From positions 1 to 57,826 of IMG/VR virus record IMGVR_UViG_3300022666_000342: a stretch of 57,826 bases of DNA; one strand, given 5' to 3'. Positions within the stretch are counted from its first letter, which is position 1; each line of letters opens with the position of its first letter. Position numbers and translations under genes: made by a program. The DNA comes from a virus (lineage: Duplodnaviria; Caudoviricetes). The notes under the pieces are model-generated. The model saw only the letters and a list, made by a program, of their open reading frames with translations, ran no database searches and was not told the origin of the DNA. Positions 37,783-46,036 of this stretch are shown piece after piece.

Positions 37783-38043
37783 ATGAAAAACTTAACCGCC
37801 GCCGCGATCCAGGAGAAACTGCTCGAATACGCCGAACTGGCCCTCGAAGAGGAGACCGGAGAGTACATCACCACGCAGATGACAGAGGGAGTGATGAACG
37901 ACCTAAACCTCTACAGCGACGAAGCCTCCGAAGCCATCGAAGAACTGATCGATCGGATGGCAGTAGATCTGAGCGAACGCCTTCCGCAGAGACTGCCGGC
38001 CAGCACCCTGGCCGAATACGGCCGGGAGATTAAAGCCCTTTAA
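37783..38043 (+). CDS. Small acidic array protein 4
   Basis: MKNLT start; strongly Glu/Asp-rich. Confidence 0.7.
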   Translation: MKNLTAAAIQEKLLEYAELALEEETGEYITTQMTEGVMNDLNLYSDEASEAIEELIDRMAVDLSERLPQRLPASTLAEYGREIKAL

Positions 38044-38104
38044 TCCCCTCGGGCCGGCCCCGAAAGGAGCCGGCCAGCTAAAAACAAACGAAAGGAACAG
38101 GAAA

Positions 38105-38287
38105 ATGGAACTCACAAAACAGATCGAAGAAAGAAAACGTCAGATCGCAGATTATCTCGAAAGATTGAATTCCAGAATTAACATGTATGTGGAGGATCAC
38201 GAGAACCCGACAACAAGAAACGTCGATCTACTCGGAAAACTGATCGACTCCATCGATCAAGCCATGGATCTCATGCCGCCCGATTAA
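38105..38287 (+). CDS. Small array protein 5
   Basis: MELT start; resembles the C-terminal helical half of protein 1. Confidence 0.7.
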   Translation: MELTKQIEERKRQIADYLERLNSRINMYVEDHENPTTRNVDLLGKLIDSIDQAMDLMPPD

Positions 38288-38293
38288 TTACCC

Positions 38294-38334
38294 AGAAGAA
38301 ATCCGCCTGATTGAAAATCAGGCGGGTTTCTTCT
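38294..38334. terminator. Bidirectional terminator
   Basis: AGAAGAAATCCGCCTGATT-GAA-AATCAGGCGGGTTTCTTCT. Confidence 0.8.
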
Positions 38335-38527
38335 ATAAAAGTACACCCCCATTAAAAATCCCTTTTTAAGCCCTCGACTAACGCTTGATTAACACCTTCT
38401 AATTACAATAGACCTAACCATAACCCTGGCACAACTTAACTAACGTAAAGCGATCTTATGCGTTAGAATAGTATAAAATTAACCCGCCATTTATTTTATT
38501 TCCCTTGTTTCCCAGGAGGTAAGTACC

Positions 38528-40474
38528 ATGCCAACAAAAAGTTCAGTTGAAAAGCCAAAATCAGAAACGCCGCATCTTAACCCAAGTTCGCAGCCTCAAG
38601 TTTCAGGAATTGCGCCCGATGGATTCGAGACGCCCATGATCTCGCCCACTGGATTAAATGCCCACACTTTAAACCCTCGTACATTACCCTCGATTCAACG
38701 AACCTTCGGTAATCAAGCTGCAAGCCGAATGATTCAAACTCAAAGACTGAATCATTCCCCAATTCAGGCTTCACCGATGATCCAACGTCAGGTTGAAAAA
38801 ACTGACGGAAGCTCAGCTATGGGGAAATATAAGATTGGAAGAGTGAATAACGATTGGATTCCCATTAAATGGGAAGGAGGGGATACCGTTCAAGATTTAA
38901 TAACGCTCTCTGAAATTAAAGAAGACTGCTTGGTAAAAAAAATAACGACGGCTTCTTCTCCCTCTACATCATCATCGGGGAAAAAGCCAGTTAAAAAATC
39001 AAGCAACTCATTCGCGCAGCAGCAAGAACAACTTGAAAATCTAAGTAATCCAAAAGAAACAGAAAAAATAGTCGGTAAAAGCGCTGCTTTGGAGGCAAAT
39101 AGTTCTTTCATTTTAATACCTGCCTTAAATTCACCAGTAAATAAGAATCATATGGCAGTTCTCAGTTCATTGTCTCGCCTGGCTCGCACTTTTGGGAAGA
39201 AAATATCCAAAGGCGGTCAAGAAGCACAGGCTATCTTTATCGATGGGAAAATTGTGCTCACAGGCAATAGTAATGCAGAAACAGCCGCTTTAGCAGCTCA
39301 AATACCCCAAGAAGGAAGCACTGCATCCCAAACAAAAACAGCATTACGATCTTTGTTTGCACTCTCATACGCAAAAGAGGGACTTCCTAAGGAGCTATCG
39401 AGTACTAAAGGTGAGCGCTCTTATGAGGATCTTCAAGTTGCCCGCTCCCAAGATCTTAAAATTGTCGAGGATTGGATTGATTTAGTTTCCCTCCCTGATG
39501 AGCAAAAATTTGCCAAAGTCGTATCCAGTGTCCAAGAAGCACAAACAACTGCAGCTCCTTTAATTATTTTATCGACTCCAACAAGCGATTCTTCTGAAGA
39601 CAGTAGCAGCCCAAAAGTAGAAAAGAAAGGAGCAAAAAAGGTAGAGGGAAAGAAAAAAGTTGGGGAAAAAGCAAAAGAAAAGAAAGGAGCAAAAAAAGTA
39701 GAGGAAAAGAAAAAAATAGGAGGAAAAGCAAAGCTAGAAGAGAAAGAAGAGGTAAAAGAAAAGGAACCGGTAAAAGAAGAGAAATGGCACGCTGAACAAA
39801 AGCTGCTGCTTGTTCTGGCCGAATATCTAAAAAGGGAGATTCCGGTTTCACAAGTCGCAATAGCTGGGGTTAAATACCCTTGTAATTTATGCAAGGCAGA
39901 ACTCGCTCTCCACAAAAAAGCATTAAAAATGGCCTATCCTACGTTAAAAGTATCGTATGACAAGATAAAGGACTCTTCGAAAGAGTCTTCAATTTCTCAA
40001 AATACAACGATGACAACAAATACTACCACAACAGAACTCACTACCAATACATCAAGCTCTACATCAAGCATGAAGGATCTGGATTCTTTTGGATATGAAG
40101 AAGATAATCATACAAGAAAACCTATCGAAGACAAGAAAGTAACAGAGGGAAACGCAACGCCGGCGCATAAACGTCTTATTTCCGATAACTTGACTAAAGA
40201 AGAATCCTTCACGAAAGAAGAATCAGTCAAGAAAGAATTGCCGCCAGCTTTCGCACATTATCTTAAACTCTTACAAGACCCATCCTCCATGGTGCAATCC
40301 CAACCATCATCATCATCATCATCTTCTTCCTCAAAAGGAATAGAAGTAGAAAAAAGCGGGGAGGGAGAAAAGGGCGAAGAGAAAGAAAAGAGCGAAGAAG
40401 GAGAAAAGGGTAAAGGGGTAGAAAAAGGCGGAGAGGAAAAAAAGGGGGAAAATGGCGACGGAGAGGAAGATTAG
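38528..40474 (+). CDS. Putative Zn-dependent nucleic-acid deaminase toxin with eCIS-cargo-like N-terminus
   Basis: HAEQKLL (39788) ... KYPCNLC (PCNLC at 39878-39892); N-terminal IQRTFGNQAA...PIQ..PMIQR; low GC; AGGAGGT RBS; K/E/S low-complexity tracts. Confidence 0.7.
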   Translation: MPTKSSVEKPKSETPHLNPSSQPQVSGIAPDGFETPMISPTGLNAHTLNPRTLPSIQRTFGNQAASRMIQTQRLNHSPIQASPMIQRQVEKTDGSSAMGKYKIGRVNNDWIPIKWEGGDTVQDLITLSEIKEDCLVKKITTASSPSTSSSGKKPVKKSSNSFAQQQEQLENLSNPKETEKIVGKSAALEANSSFILIPALNSPVNKNHMAVLSSLSRLARTFGKKISKGGQEAQAIFIDGKIVLTGNSNAETAALAAQIPQEGSTASQTKTALRSLFALSYAKEGLPKELSSTKGERSYEDLQVARSQDLKIVEDWIDLVSLPDEQKFAKVVSSVQEAQTTAAPLIILSTPTSDSSEDSSSPKVEKKGAKKVEGKKKVGEKAKEKKGAKKVEEKKKIGGKAKLEEKEEVKEKEPVKEEKWHAEQKLLLVLAEYLKREIPVSQVAIAGVKYPCNLCKAELALHKKALKMAYPTLKVSYDKIKDSSKESSISQNTTMTTNTTTTELTTNTSSSTSSMKDLDSFGYEEDNHTRKPIEDKKVTEGNATPAHKRLISDNLTKEESFTKEESVKKELPPAFAHYLKLLQDPSSMVQSQPSSSSSSSSSKGIEVEKSGEGEKGEEKEKSEEGEKGKGVEKGGEEKKGENGDGEED

Positions 40475-40547
40475 TAAAACCGATAAAAAATAACAGGTCT
40501 CAATTCTGACTTTGCTTTCCCAGCCAATCACACAATTTAGACAACAG

Positions 40548-40580
40548 GAACCCGCCGGATTTTCAATCCGGCGGGTTTTC
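40548..40580. terminator. Intrinsic terminator, inverted near-copy of 38294-38334
   Basis: GAACCCGCCGGATT-TTC-AATCCGGCGGGTTTTC. Confidence 0.8.
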
Positions 40581-40587
40581 AATTTAT

Positions 40588-40662
40588 ATAGTTATGACGT
40601 TCGTCTCATAGCTATTATACCTAAAATTAGGTATAATAGAAACGTAGACTGAAAATTAAGAA
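40588..40662 (+). promoter_or_regulatory. Cassette promoter/operator, copy B
   Basis: TATAAT inside a palindrome with 13-bp arms, CTATTATACCTAA-AA-TTAGGTATAATAG (40612-40639). Confidence 0.75.
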
Positions 40663-40680
40663 ACGAGAGGAGCCCTTAAA

Positions 40681-40970
40681 ATGTCAGATTTTGAATGCCC
40701 AGCCTGCGGAAAGAAACTCAGCCAGAAAACAGTAAATACGCCCTACAACGGAAACATCTTCGCATGGCAATGCCCGAAGTGCCAGTGCGTAATCGCAGAA
40801 GACATCACGCTGGGAAGCTCCTTCTCCCTGGTAGACAACACGATGACCGAAGACGAAGAAGCCTTCGCCCGCGCCATCCCCTACGACCTGACCTGCCTGA
40901 GCAGCCGCGGAATCTCCGACGGCACGGGTTCTTCGACCCGATCACCCGCAAAATCACGCAGGTCGGCTAA
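40681..40970 (+). pseudogene. Zn-ribbon protein with apparent single-base frameshift near 40916
   Basis: CPAC...CPKC. A plausible C-terminus RRHGFFDPITRKITQVG* lies in another frame and stops just before the hairpin/RBS unit. Confidence 0.5.
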
Positions 40971-41030
40971 ACAAACCAGCGCCGCCGGTCAGCCGGCCGG
41001 CGGCGCCCATCACAACAAAAGGAGACCAAC

Positions 41031-41255
41031 ATGAAAACCATACCGACCAAAAACGAATACTGGATGAAGCTGCTACCCCCGCATGTCCTGGCCCGCGTCA
41101 TCATCGAGATCGATGAAGCGAACCACGAACAAGACGAGGAAATCTACGACGTAGTTCTTGAAGGGCAATCAGTGCTCATCCTGACATGCGGTCAGGATCT
41201 GGCCCACGACCTGCTCACAAAGGCCTTCCTGGATCGCAACCGGCAGGTGGTATAA
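41031..41255 (+). CDS. Small acidic protein
   Basis: Hairpin 40979-41006 and AAAGGAG RBS; paralog of the next gene. Confidence 0.7.
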   Translation: MKTIPTKNEYWMKLLPPHVLARVIIEIDEANHEQDEEIYDVVLEGQSVLILTCGQDLAHDLLTKAFLDRNRQVV

Positions 41256-41449
41256 TGAGCGCCGCATGGATGAGCCGGCTCAGCAACGCAGCGCTCGCCC
41301 AGATGGTCGCCGCCCTCAATCTGGCCGGCGACCCCGAAGACCAAGACGACGAAGAGATCCGGGCCAGCGCCCGGATCGTCCTCGACGACCGGATCGGCCA
41401 GGAAGACGCCGCCCGAGAGATAGAAGAAGCTTACAGAAGGATGGTGTGA
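41255..41449 (+). CDS. Small acidic protein
   Basis: TAATG coupling; WM..L....LA...DEEI...VL....GQ..A pattern shared with the previous gene. Confidence 0.65.
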   Translation: MSAAWMSRLSNAALAQMVAALNLAGDPEDQDDEEIRASARIVLDDRIGQEDAAREIEEAYRRMV

Positions 41450-41451
41450 AA

Positions 41452-41805
41452 ATGCCCCGAGCAGGATACTACAGCCTTCCGATCAACGCAGGAAATCAAG
41501 CCCCCCTAAAGGCCATCTGCGCCGCGCACGGCTGGCCGGCCAACTCTACCGGCTACACCGCAGCCTTCCGCCTCGCCCTGGCCTCCGCCCTGGGCGAGAT
41601 CGACCCGGAGATCCGCCCCCAGCCGGAGCGCTCCGAAGTCGGCGAGGATTGGGTGATTTTAAAAATCGACGACCCCACCATCCGCCGGCGGCTCGACGCC
41701 CTGGTGACAAGACTGCATCTGGAGCCCGGCACCCGGGCCGACCGGGAAGCGCTTCAATTCGCCATCCTTCTCCTGAACTACGCCATGCTCCCCCCGCAGG
41801 AATAA
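41452..41805 (+). CDS. Hypothetical protein, possibly a tandem ribbon-helix-helix regulator
   Basis: Two strand-helix-helix-like halves (YYSLPIN...AAFRLAL; WVILKID...EALQFAI); weak. Confidence 0.5.
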   Translation: MPRAGYYSLPINAGNQAPLKAICAAHGWPANSTGYTAAFRLALASALGEIDPEIRPQPERSEVGEDWVILKIDDPTIRRRLDALVTRLHLEPGTRADREALQFAILLLNYAMLPPQE

Positions 41806-41839
41806 AAAGACGGGCCCGGATCGCCTCCGGGCCCGTTTT
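41806..41839. terminator. Bidirectional terminator at convergent junction
   Basis: AAAGACGGGCCCGGA-TCGCC-TCCGGGCCCGTTTT. Confidence 0.8.
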
Positions 41840-41863
41840 CTATCTGCAAACGTTTGCAGATAG
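41840..41863. promoter_or_regulatory. Palindrome copy 4 (CTATCTGCAAACGTTTGCAGATAG)
   Basis: Exact core extended to 24 bp; abuts the terminator. Confidence 0.85.
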
Positions 41864-41881
41864 TTGCGATCCGACAGAAAC

Positions 41882-42139
41882 CTATCCCGCCGCTGTTGCA
41901 TCCCCGTCCAACACTTGTTGCATCCCGTCAGCCCGGCACTCCTCGCGCGGCCGCTCCAACGCGCCCGACAGCATCACCGACCAGCTCGATACCCCCGCAG
42001 CGCCCCCGCCAGTCTTGACCAACTGGATCAAAAACACGCCCTCGGGGAGAGAAAAAATCCGATTTAAAAAGCTTGCCATCGCCCGCGGGAGAGTCACCAT
42101 TGCCGTCTGTCCCCCTCCAGGTTTTAAAGCCATACCCAC
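41882..42139 (-). CDS. Hypothetical protein
   Basis: GGAGG RBS; overlaps the portal stop. Confidence 0.45.
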   Translation of the reverse strand: MGMALKPGGGQTAMVTLPRAMASFLNRIFSLPEGVFLIQLVKTGGGAAGVSSWSVMLSGALERPREECRADGMQQVLDGDATAAG

Positions 42140-44322
42140 CGCCCTCCTTCGTACTTTTGGAGATCACACCGGCAATTGCCGTCGCATGGGGTTCCATGTC
42201 CCGGCAACGTCCCCTGGGTAAAAGCAATCATCTGATTCCAGGAAGCGTATTCCCGCGCGTAACGCGGGCATTCCGAACAATGCTTCGCTAAATTGTCCAT
42301 CACCCAGCGAACCGGCACCGTCGCCCGCTCCACCGGCGTCATCCGCTGGCCGGCCCCGGCCCAGATAGAATGCCACACATGCCCCGCATACAGCCCTCCG
42401 CGCGCGTAGCTGTTGGTAGCCTCTTTGACCGCTGCAATGAACTCCGCGCCGGCCTCCTGCCGCCGGCCGGCCTTCAAAAGGAGCAGAATCGCCGCAATAC
42501 GCCCCTCCAGCGTTCCCGCAATGTCCCCGAATAGAGTGCCGCCCCCATCCGGATTGACGCGCCGGATTCTATCCGGCCCATCATATCCAATATAGGAGTC
42601 GGCCATATCCGTCTCTCGGCTCAGCGCTGCGTTCTCCTCGGACCCGCCCGCCGGCTTCCCAAAAGCCAGCCAGAAGGCCGCCGCGATGTCGATGACCGAA
42701 CGCTCCCGAAAAAGGAGCATCCCCACCAGCGTCCAATCGTCGATCTTCGATCGAAGATCCGCCTCGGTCGTCTCTGGCCCCAGGCCAGCGATGGCGTCCG
42801 CCGCGTCCCCGGCCCAGTTTTCCAGGTTGGCCCGCTGCGTCTGGGCATTGGCGTCTGCCGCCGCCGTGTATCGTTGCTGGCGCTCCGCAGCCGGCACCAC
42901 CGCAAAGGTCTCAGTGCCGCCGAGCATGGCTTCTTGGGCATCCTCTTCTGGCTCGACCTCTTCGCCAGCGGCCGGATCTTCTCCGTCCCTCTCACCGTCC
43001 TCCTCGCCGCCCTGGGGCGGGTCCTTTTCCTCTGCTTCCCCGTCTTTCCCGTCAGATAGGGCCGGCTTCCCGGTACCCGGCCGGCCGGCCGGCTTCGGCT
43101 CGTCGTCCTCTACCCCCTCAGCCACCTCAGTGGGCATGCCGGGAATCAAAGAACGCAGGAAGACTTCCGCGTCCCGATCAGGAGTGAAAGCCCCGGCCCC
43201 CGACAGGGACCCGATAAATTGCCCGATCGCCCCCAGATCCAGCGCCCTGGGCGAAGAGCAGGTAAGCACCGGCATCCCGGTCACCCCCCGCATCGAATTC
43301 CAGCGCATCAGGTAAGGGATCGCCTTCCGATTGAAGACCGACATGATCGAGTTGAGATAGGCCTCGATTGCCAGCCAATAAGCCTCCATCAGAGTGCCGG
43401 CGAGGGATTGCGTCCCCGTTTCGCGGAGCCCCACCAGCATAAACTGCGCCAAAATCGACCGGGCCATCTCCAGATCTTTGCGCATGATGGTCGCCCCCAA
43501 GGTGTCGTCCACCGTCCCCTGCGGACCGCCCAGGTCAATGCTCCACCCAGATGGAAGGTGGGCGCCCATAACCTCATCGTTGTAAATCTGTTCTACCAAA
43601 TCCTTCGCTTTCTGCTCGTCGGATTTCTGACCTTCTTCCTCAATTGTCGTCGCGCCGTTCGGCAGCGTGACAACCGGGAAGCCGGCCCACCGACGATACA
43701 ATCCCATCCCCTCAATCTGCTCCAGCCGCCTCTTGAATTGATACGCCCGCGCCGCCGCCCGATAAATCGAAAGCCCCTCCGGGATATTCCCATCCCGACA
43801 AGTTCGGAAATGCAAACTGCGCTCGACCGGGATGATGGCATTGGAGCCCTTGAGCGTGTATTGCTCCATTGCAGTGAGCTTTCCGGTCTCGTCATCGATC
43901 ACCCACTGATACCATGAATGCTGCGGACGAAAGGCAATCTCCCCAAAGCCTACCGTCCCATCCGACCGTCTGCGCATGACCATCTCAAACCACGCCCACC
44001 CGTAAGTGAACATGGTGCAGATGTCATCTAACAGGTCAGGAAACGACATGTCAGGCATCGTCGAAAGGCAATCCCACACAAACTCAGCCGCCGTCTGGTC
44101 TCCCCGCGTCTTTCTGCCCCCAGGAACGACGCGCCACTGCACCTTCAAGATGGGCAGCGTCAGAATTTGATGCATGGCGATTCCCGTGGGATCTGTGTGC
44201 CGAATTTCGTCATACACCCGGGCCCCAGCCGGCCAGCGGAAGCGCGGGTCTGGATCGATATAAAGCAGCCGGCCCCACTGAGACAGACCAGAGGACCCTA
44301 ATTCCTTAAATTTTCCTGGCAT
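42124..44322 (-). CDS. Portal protein (Mu gp29/DUF935-like) fused to a MuF-like minor head domain
   Basis: YGWAWFEMV...PEGLSIYR...MARSILAQF portal motifs; acidic linker; C-terminal W...HCSEC...LPG..TPCDGNCRC. Confidence 0.8.
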   Translation of the reverse strand: MPGKFKELGSSGLSQWGRLLYIDPDPRFRWPAGARVYDEIRHTDPTGIAMHQILTLPILKVQWRVVPGGRKTRGDQTAAEFVWDCLSTMPDMSFPDLLDDICTMFTYGWAWFEMVMRRRSDGTVGFGEIAFRPQHSWYQWVIDDETGKLTAMEQYTLKGSNAIIPVERSLHFRTCRDGNIPEGLSIYRAAARAYQFKRRLEQIEGMGLYRRWAGFPVVTLPNGATTIEEEGQKSDEQKAKDLVEQIYNDEVMGAHLPSGWSIDLGGPQGTVDDTLGATIMRKDLEMARSILAQFMLVGLRETGTQSLAGTLMEAYWLAIEAYLNSIMSVFNRKAIPYLMRWNSMRGVTGMPVLTCSSPRALDLGAIGQFIGSLSGAGAFTPDRDAEVFLRSLIPGMPTEVAEGVEDDEPKPAGRPGTGKPALSDGKDGEAEEKDPPQGGEEDGERDGEDPAAGEEVEPEEDAQEAMLGGTETFAVVPAAERQQRYTAAADANAQTQRANLENWAGDAADAIAGLGPETTEADLRSKIDDWTLVGMLLFRERSVIDIAAAFWLAFGKPAGGSEENAALSRETDMADSYIGYDGPDRIRRVNPDGGGTLFGDIAGTLEGRIAAILLLLKAGRRQEAGAEFIAAVKEATNSYARGGLYAGHVWHSIWAGAGQRMTPVERATVPVRWVMDNLAKHCSECPRYAREYASWNQMIAFTQGTLPGHGTPCDGNCRCDLQKYEGGRWVWL

Positions 44323-44332
44323 ATGATTCTCC

Positions 44333-46036
44333 TTAATTCCATTCGCTTCCGCCAGGCTTCCGAACACCGGCCTGGTCGGGCAACGGAGCCGGCCTGGGCA
44401 TTGCCAGCGCCGCCTCACAGTAAACTTCCGCCAGAGCAAAGTGGTCGGCCTTCGAGCCTTCGGTATAGCGGGCGACCATCTTCCCATCCGCGGCCTTTTC
44501 CAACACCCGCATCGGCGCTTTCATCTGCTCGTAATAATCCGGTACATCCCGAATGTTCAACGGCAGGACCCGATGCCCGTCCATCAATTCGGCGTACATC
44601 TGGTCGAAAGCCCGCGTGCGATCAATCGTCACCGTCCCCTCCTCTTGATTGGGAACGGCCATCTCCGCCTTTTTCTCACTGGCCGTCGATCCGAAGAATG
44701 CCAGCCAGACTAGCCCCCTGGGGAATTGCGCCTGCAGCTCGCGATCTTTCCGGGTTTCCGGCAATCCATCGATGACCAACGTCTTCACATTGAACCGCCG
44801 CAGCTGGCCGGCCAGCTCTTCGAACGATTGCACCGCACCGGCCCACCGAAGGGGAGCGACCTCGCTGCCTCTGGGCAACGCCCGGATCACGATGTGGAGC
44901 AAACTTCCCACATCGCAGCCAGCCACCGTCGCCTCACGCCCCACCGGTCCCAGGGCATACTCCCGCCGCACCGAATCCAGCAACGCATCATCAATCCGAC
45001 TGCCCCTGGGAGTGTAGACTTCCCCCAGATCCTGGTTGAAACACTCCCGGCGCTTGGTCTCGTCGATGACTTGCAACCCCCGCACCACATCAATGAGCTG
45101 GGTGACCGGGCTGAAAAACTTCGTCAGGTGATAACCGACAATATCTCGCCCAGGGAAACGAGGCACCCATCGCCCCGCCGCTGTCCGATCCAGCTCGGCC
45201 CCGCAACGCCGGCACGCCACAAAAGCGCGCCCTTCTTTCATCCCATGCCACGCCGCTGGCCGCTCCAGAGCATCCCACTCGATCACCACACCCTGGATGG
45301 TCATTACCTGCAGCTCGCCGCACCGCGGGCAGGGAACGAACCACTCCCGCTGATCGGAAAGCTTCCACCGTTCATCGATTCCCATGTCGGCATAGGTTGG
45401 CGTTGATATATCCAGCTCTTCGGCGAACTTACTATGCCCGAGCCGCTTCAGCGCGATGGCCGGCGCTCGCTGGTCCATCTCGTCCAGCTCATCAAAGACC
45501 AACAAGTCCACCGCCACCGACTTCAACCCCGGCGCGCGCCCGTCCGGCGAGACCTGCCCACCGCGCAGATAGAGAAACCGGTTGCGAATCCTCTTCAAGG
45601 TGACCCGATCCGCCCCCCGCCTTCTTTTTTCGCTCCCATCGCCAGGGCCATCCCCAACGATGGAGCCGAGATAGGGAGAAGCCTCCAACGCCCCGCCCAA
45701 CCGCTCGGTAGAAAAATCCGTGATGTGCCGATCCGTAGGGAAGAGGTACATCACGGTCTCTTGCCGCACGTCCGCTGCATGCAAAGCGCGCGAAACCGCA
45801 TATTCAGACGCGCCCATCTGGCTGGATTTGTAAAGCACCAGATGCCGCGCCTTTTCGCGGTACAGATCGACCAGATAGGGATGGGTCTGCAGATCGAATA
45901 GACTGTCAGGCCGCAAATAGGACCGGTTGATAATCGTCCAGGTCAGGAGATCCATCTCGCCGCCGTTCGATCGGCGAGACTGCTCCGCCTGGATCTCCGC
46001 GTAGCGGATCAGATCCTCACGCCGGCCCATCGCCAT
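44333..46036 (-). CDS. Terminase large subunit (lambda gpA-like family)
   Basis: KSSQMGASE, LLVFDELDEM, ISTPT, SDQREWFVPCPRCG, AGCDVG, DHF. Confidence 0.92.
   Translation of the reverse strand: MAMGRREDLIRYAEIQAEQSRRSNGGEMDLLTWTIINRSYLRPDSLFDLQTHPYLVDLYREKARHLVLYKSSQMGASEYAVSRALHAADVRQETVMYLFPTDRHITDFSTERLGGALEASPYLGSIVGDGPGDGSEKRRRGADRVTLKRIRNRFLYLRGGQVSPDGRAPGLKSVAVDLLVFDELDEMDQRAPAIALKRLGHSKFAEELDISTPTYADMGIDERWKLSDQREWFVPCPRCGELQVMTIQGVVIEWDALERPAAWHGMKEGRAFVACRRCGAELDRTAAGRWVPRFPGRDIVGYHLTKFFSPVTQLIDVVRGLQVIDETKRRECFNQDLGEVYTPRGSRIDDALLDSVRREYALGPVGREATVAGCDVGSLLHIVIRALPRGSEVAPLRWAGAVQSFEELAGQLRRFNVKTLVIDGLPETRKDRELQAQFPRGLVWLAFFGSTASEKKAEMAVPNQEEGTVTIDRTRAFDQMYAELMDGHRVLPLNIRDVPDYYEQMKAPMRVLEKAADGKMVARYTEGSKADHFALAEVYCEAALAMPRPAPLPDQAGVRKPGGSEWN

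Larger units (their letters stand above)
36934..38075. repeat. Four intergenic GC hairpin repeats separating array genes
   Basis: GG(G)CCGGC-loop-GCCGGCC(C) at 36934-36959, 37311-37336, 37724-37750 and 38051-38075, each followed by an A/C-rich spacer and an AAAGGA RBS. Confidence 0.85.

Noticed and set aside
36934-38075. Regularly recurring palindromic repeats as a CRISPR array or integron attC sites
   Set aside because: Spacers are 300-390 bp and contain full ORFs, the repeats are degenerate, no cas or integron integrase gene was seen, and there are no RYYYAAC/GTTRRRY ends.
39600-39780. Purine-rich repeats (AAGAAAGGAGCAAAAAA) as a DNA-level element
   Set aside because: Explained by a Lys/Glu low-complexity coding tract (KKGAKKVE repeats) within the 648-aa ORF.
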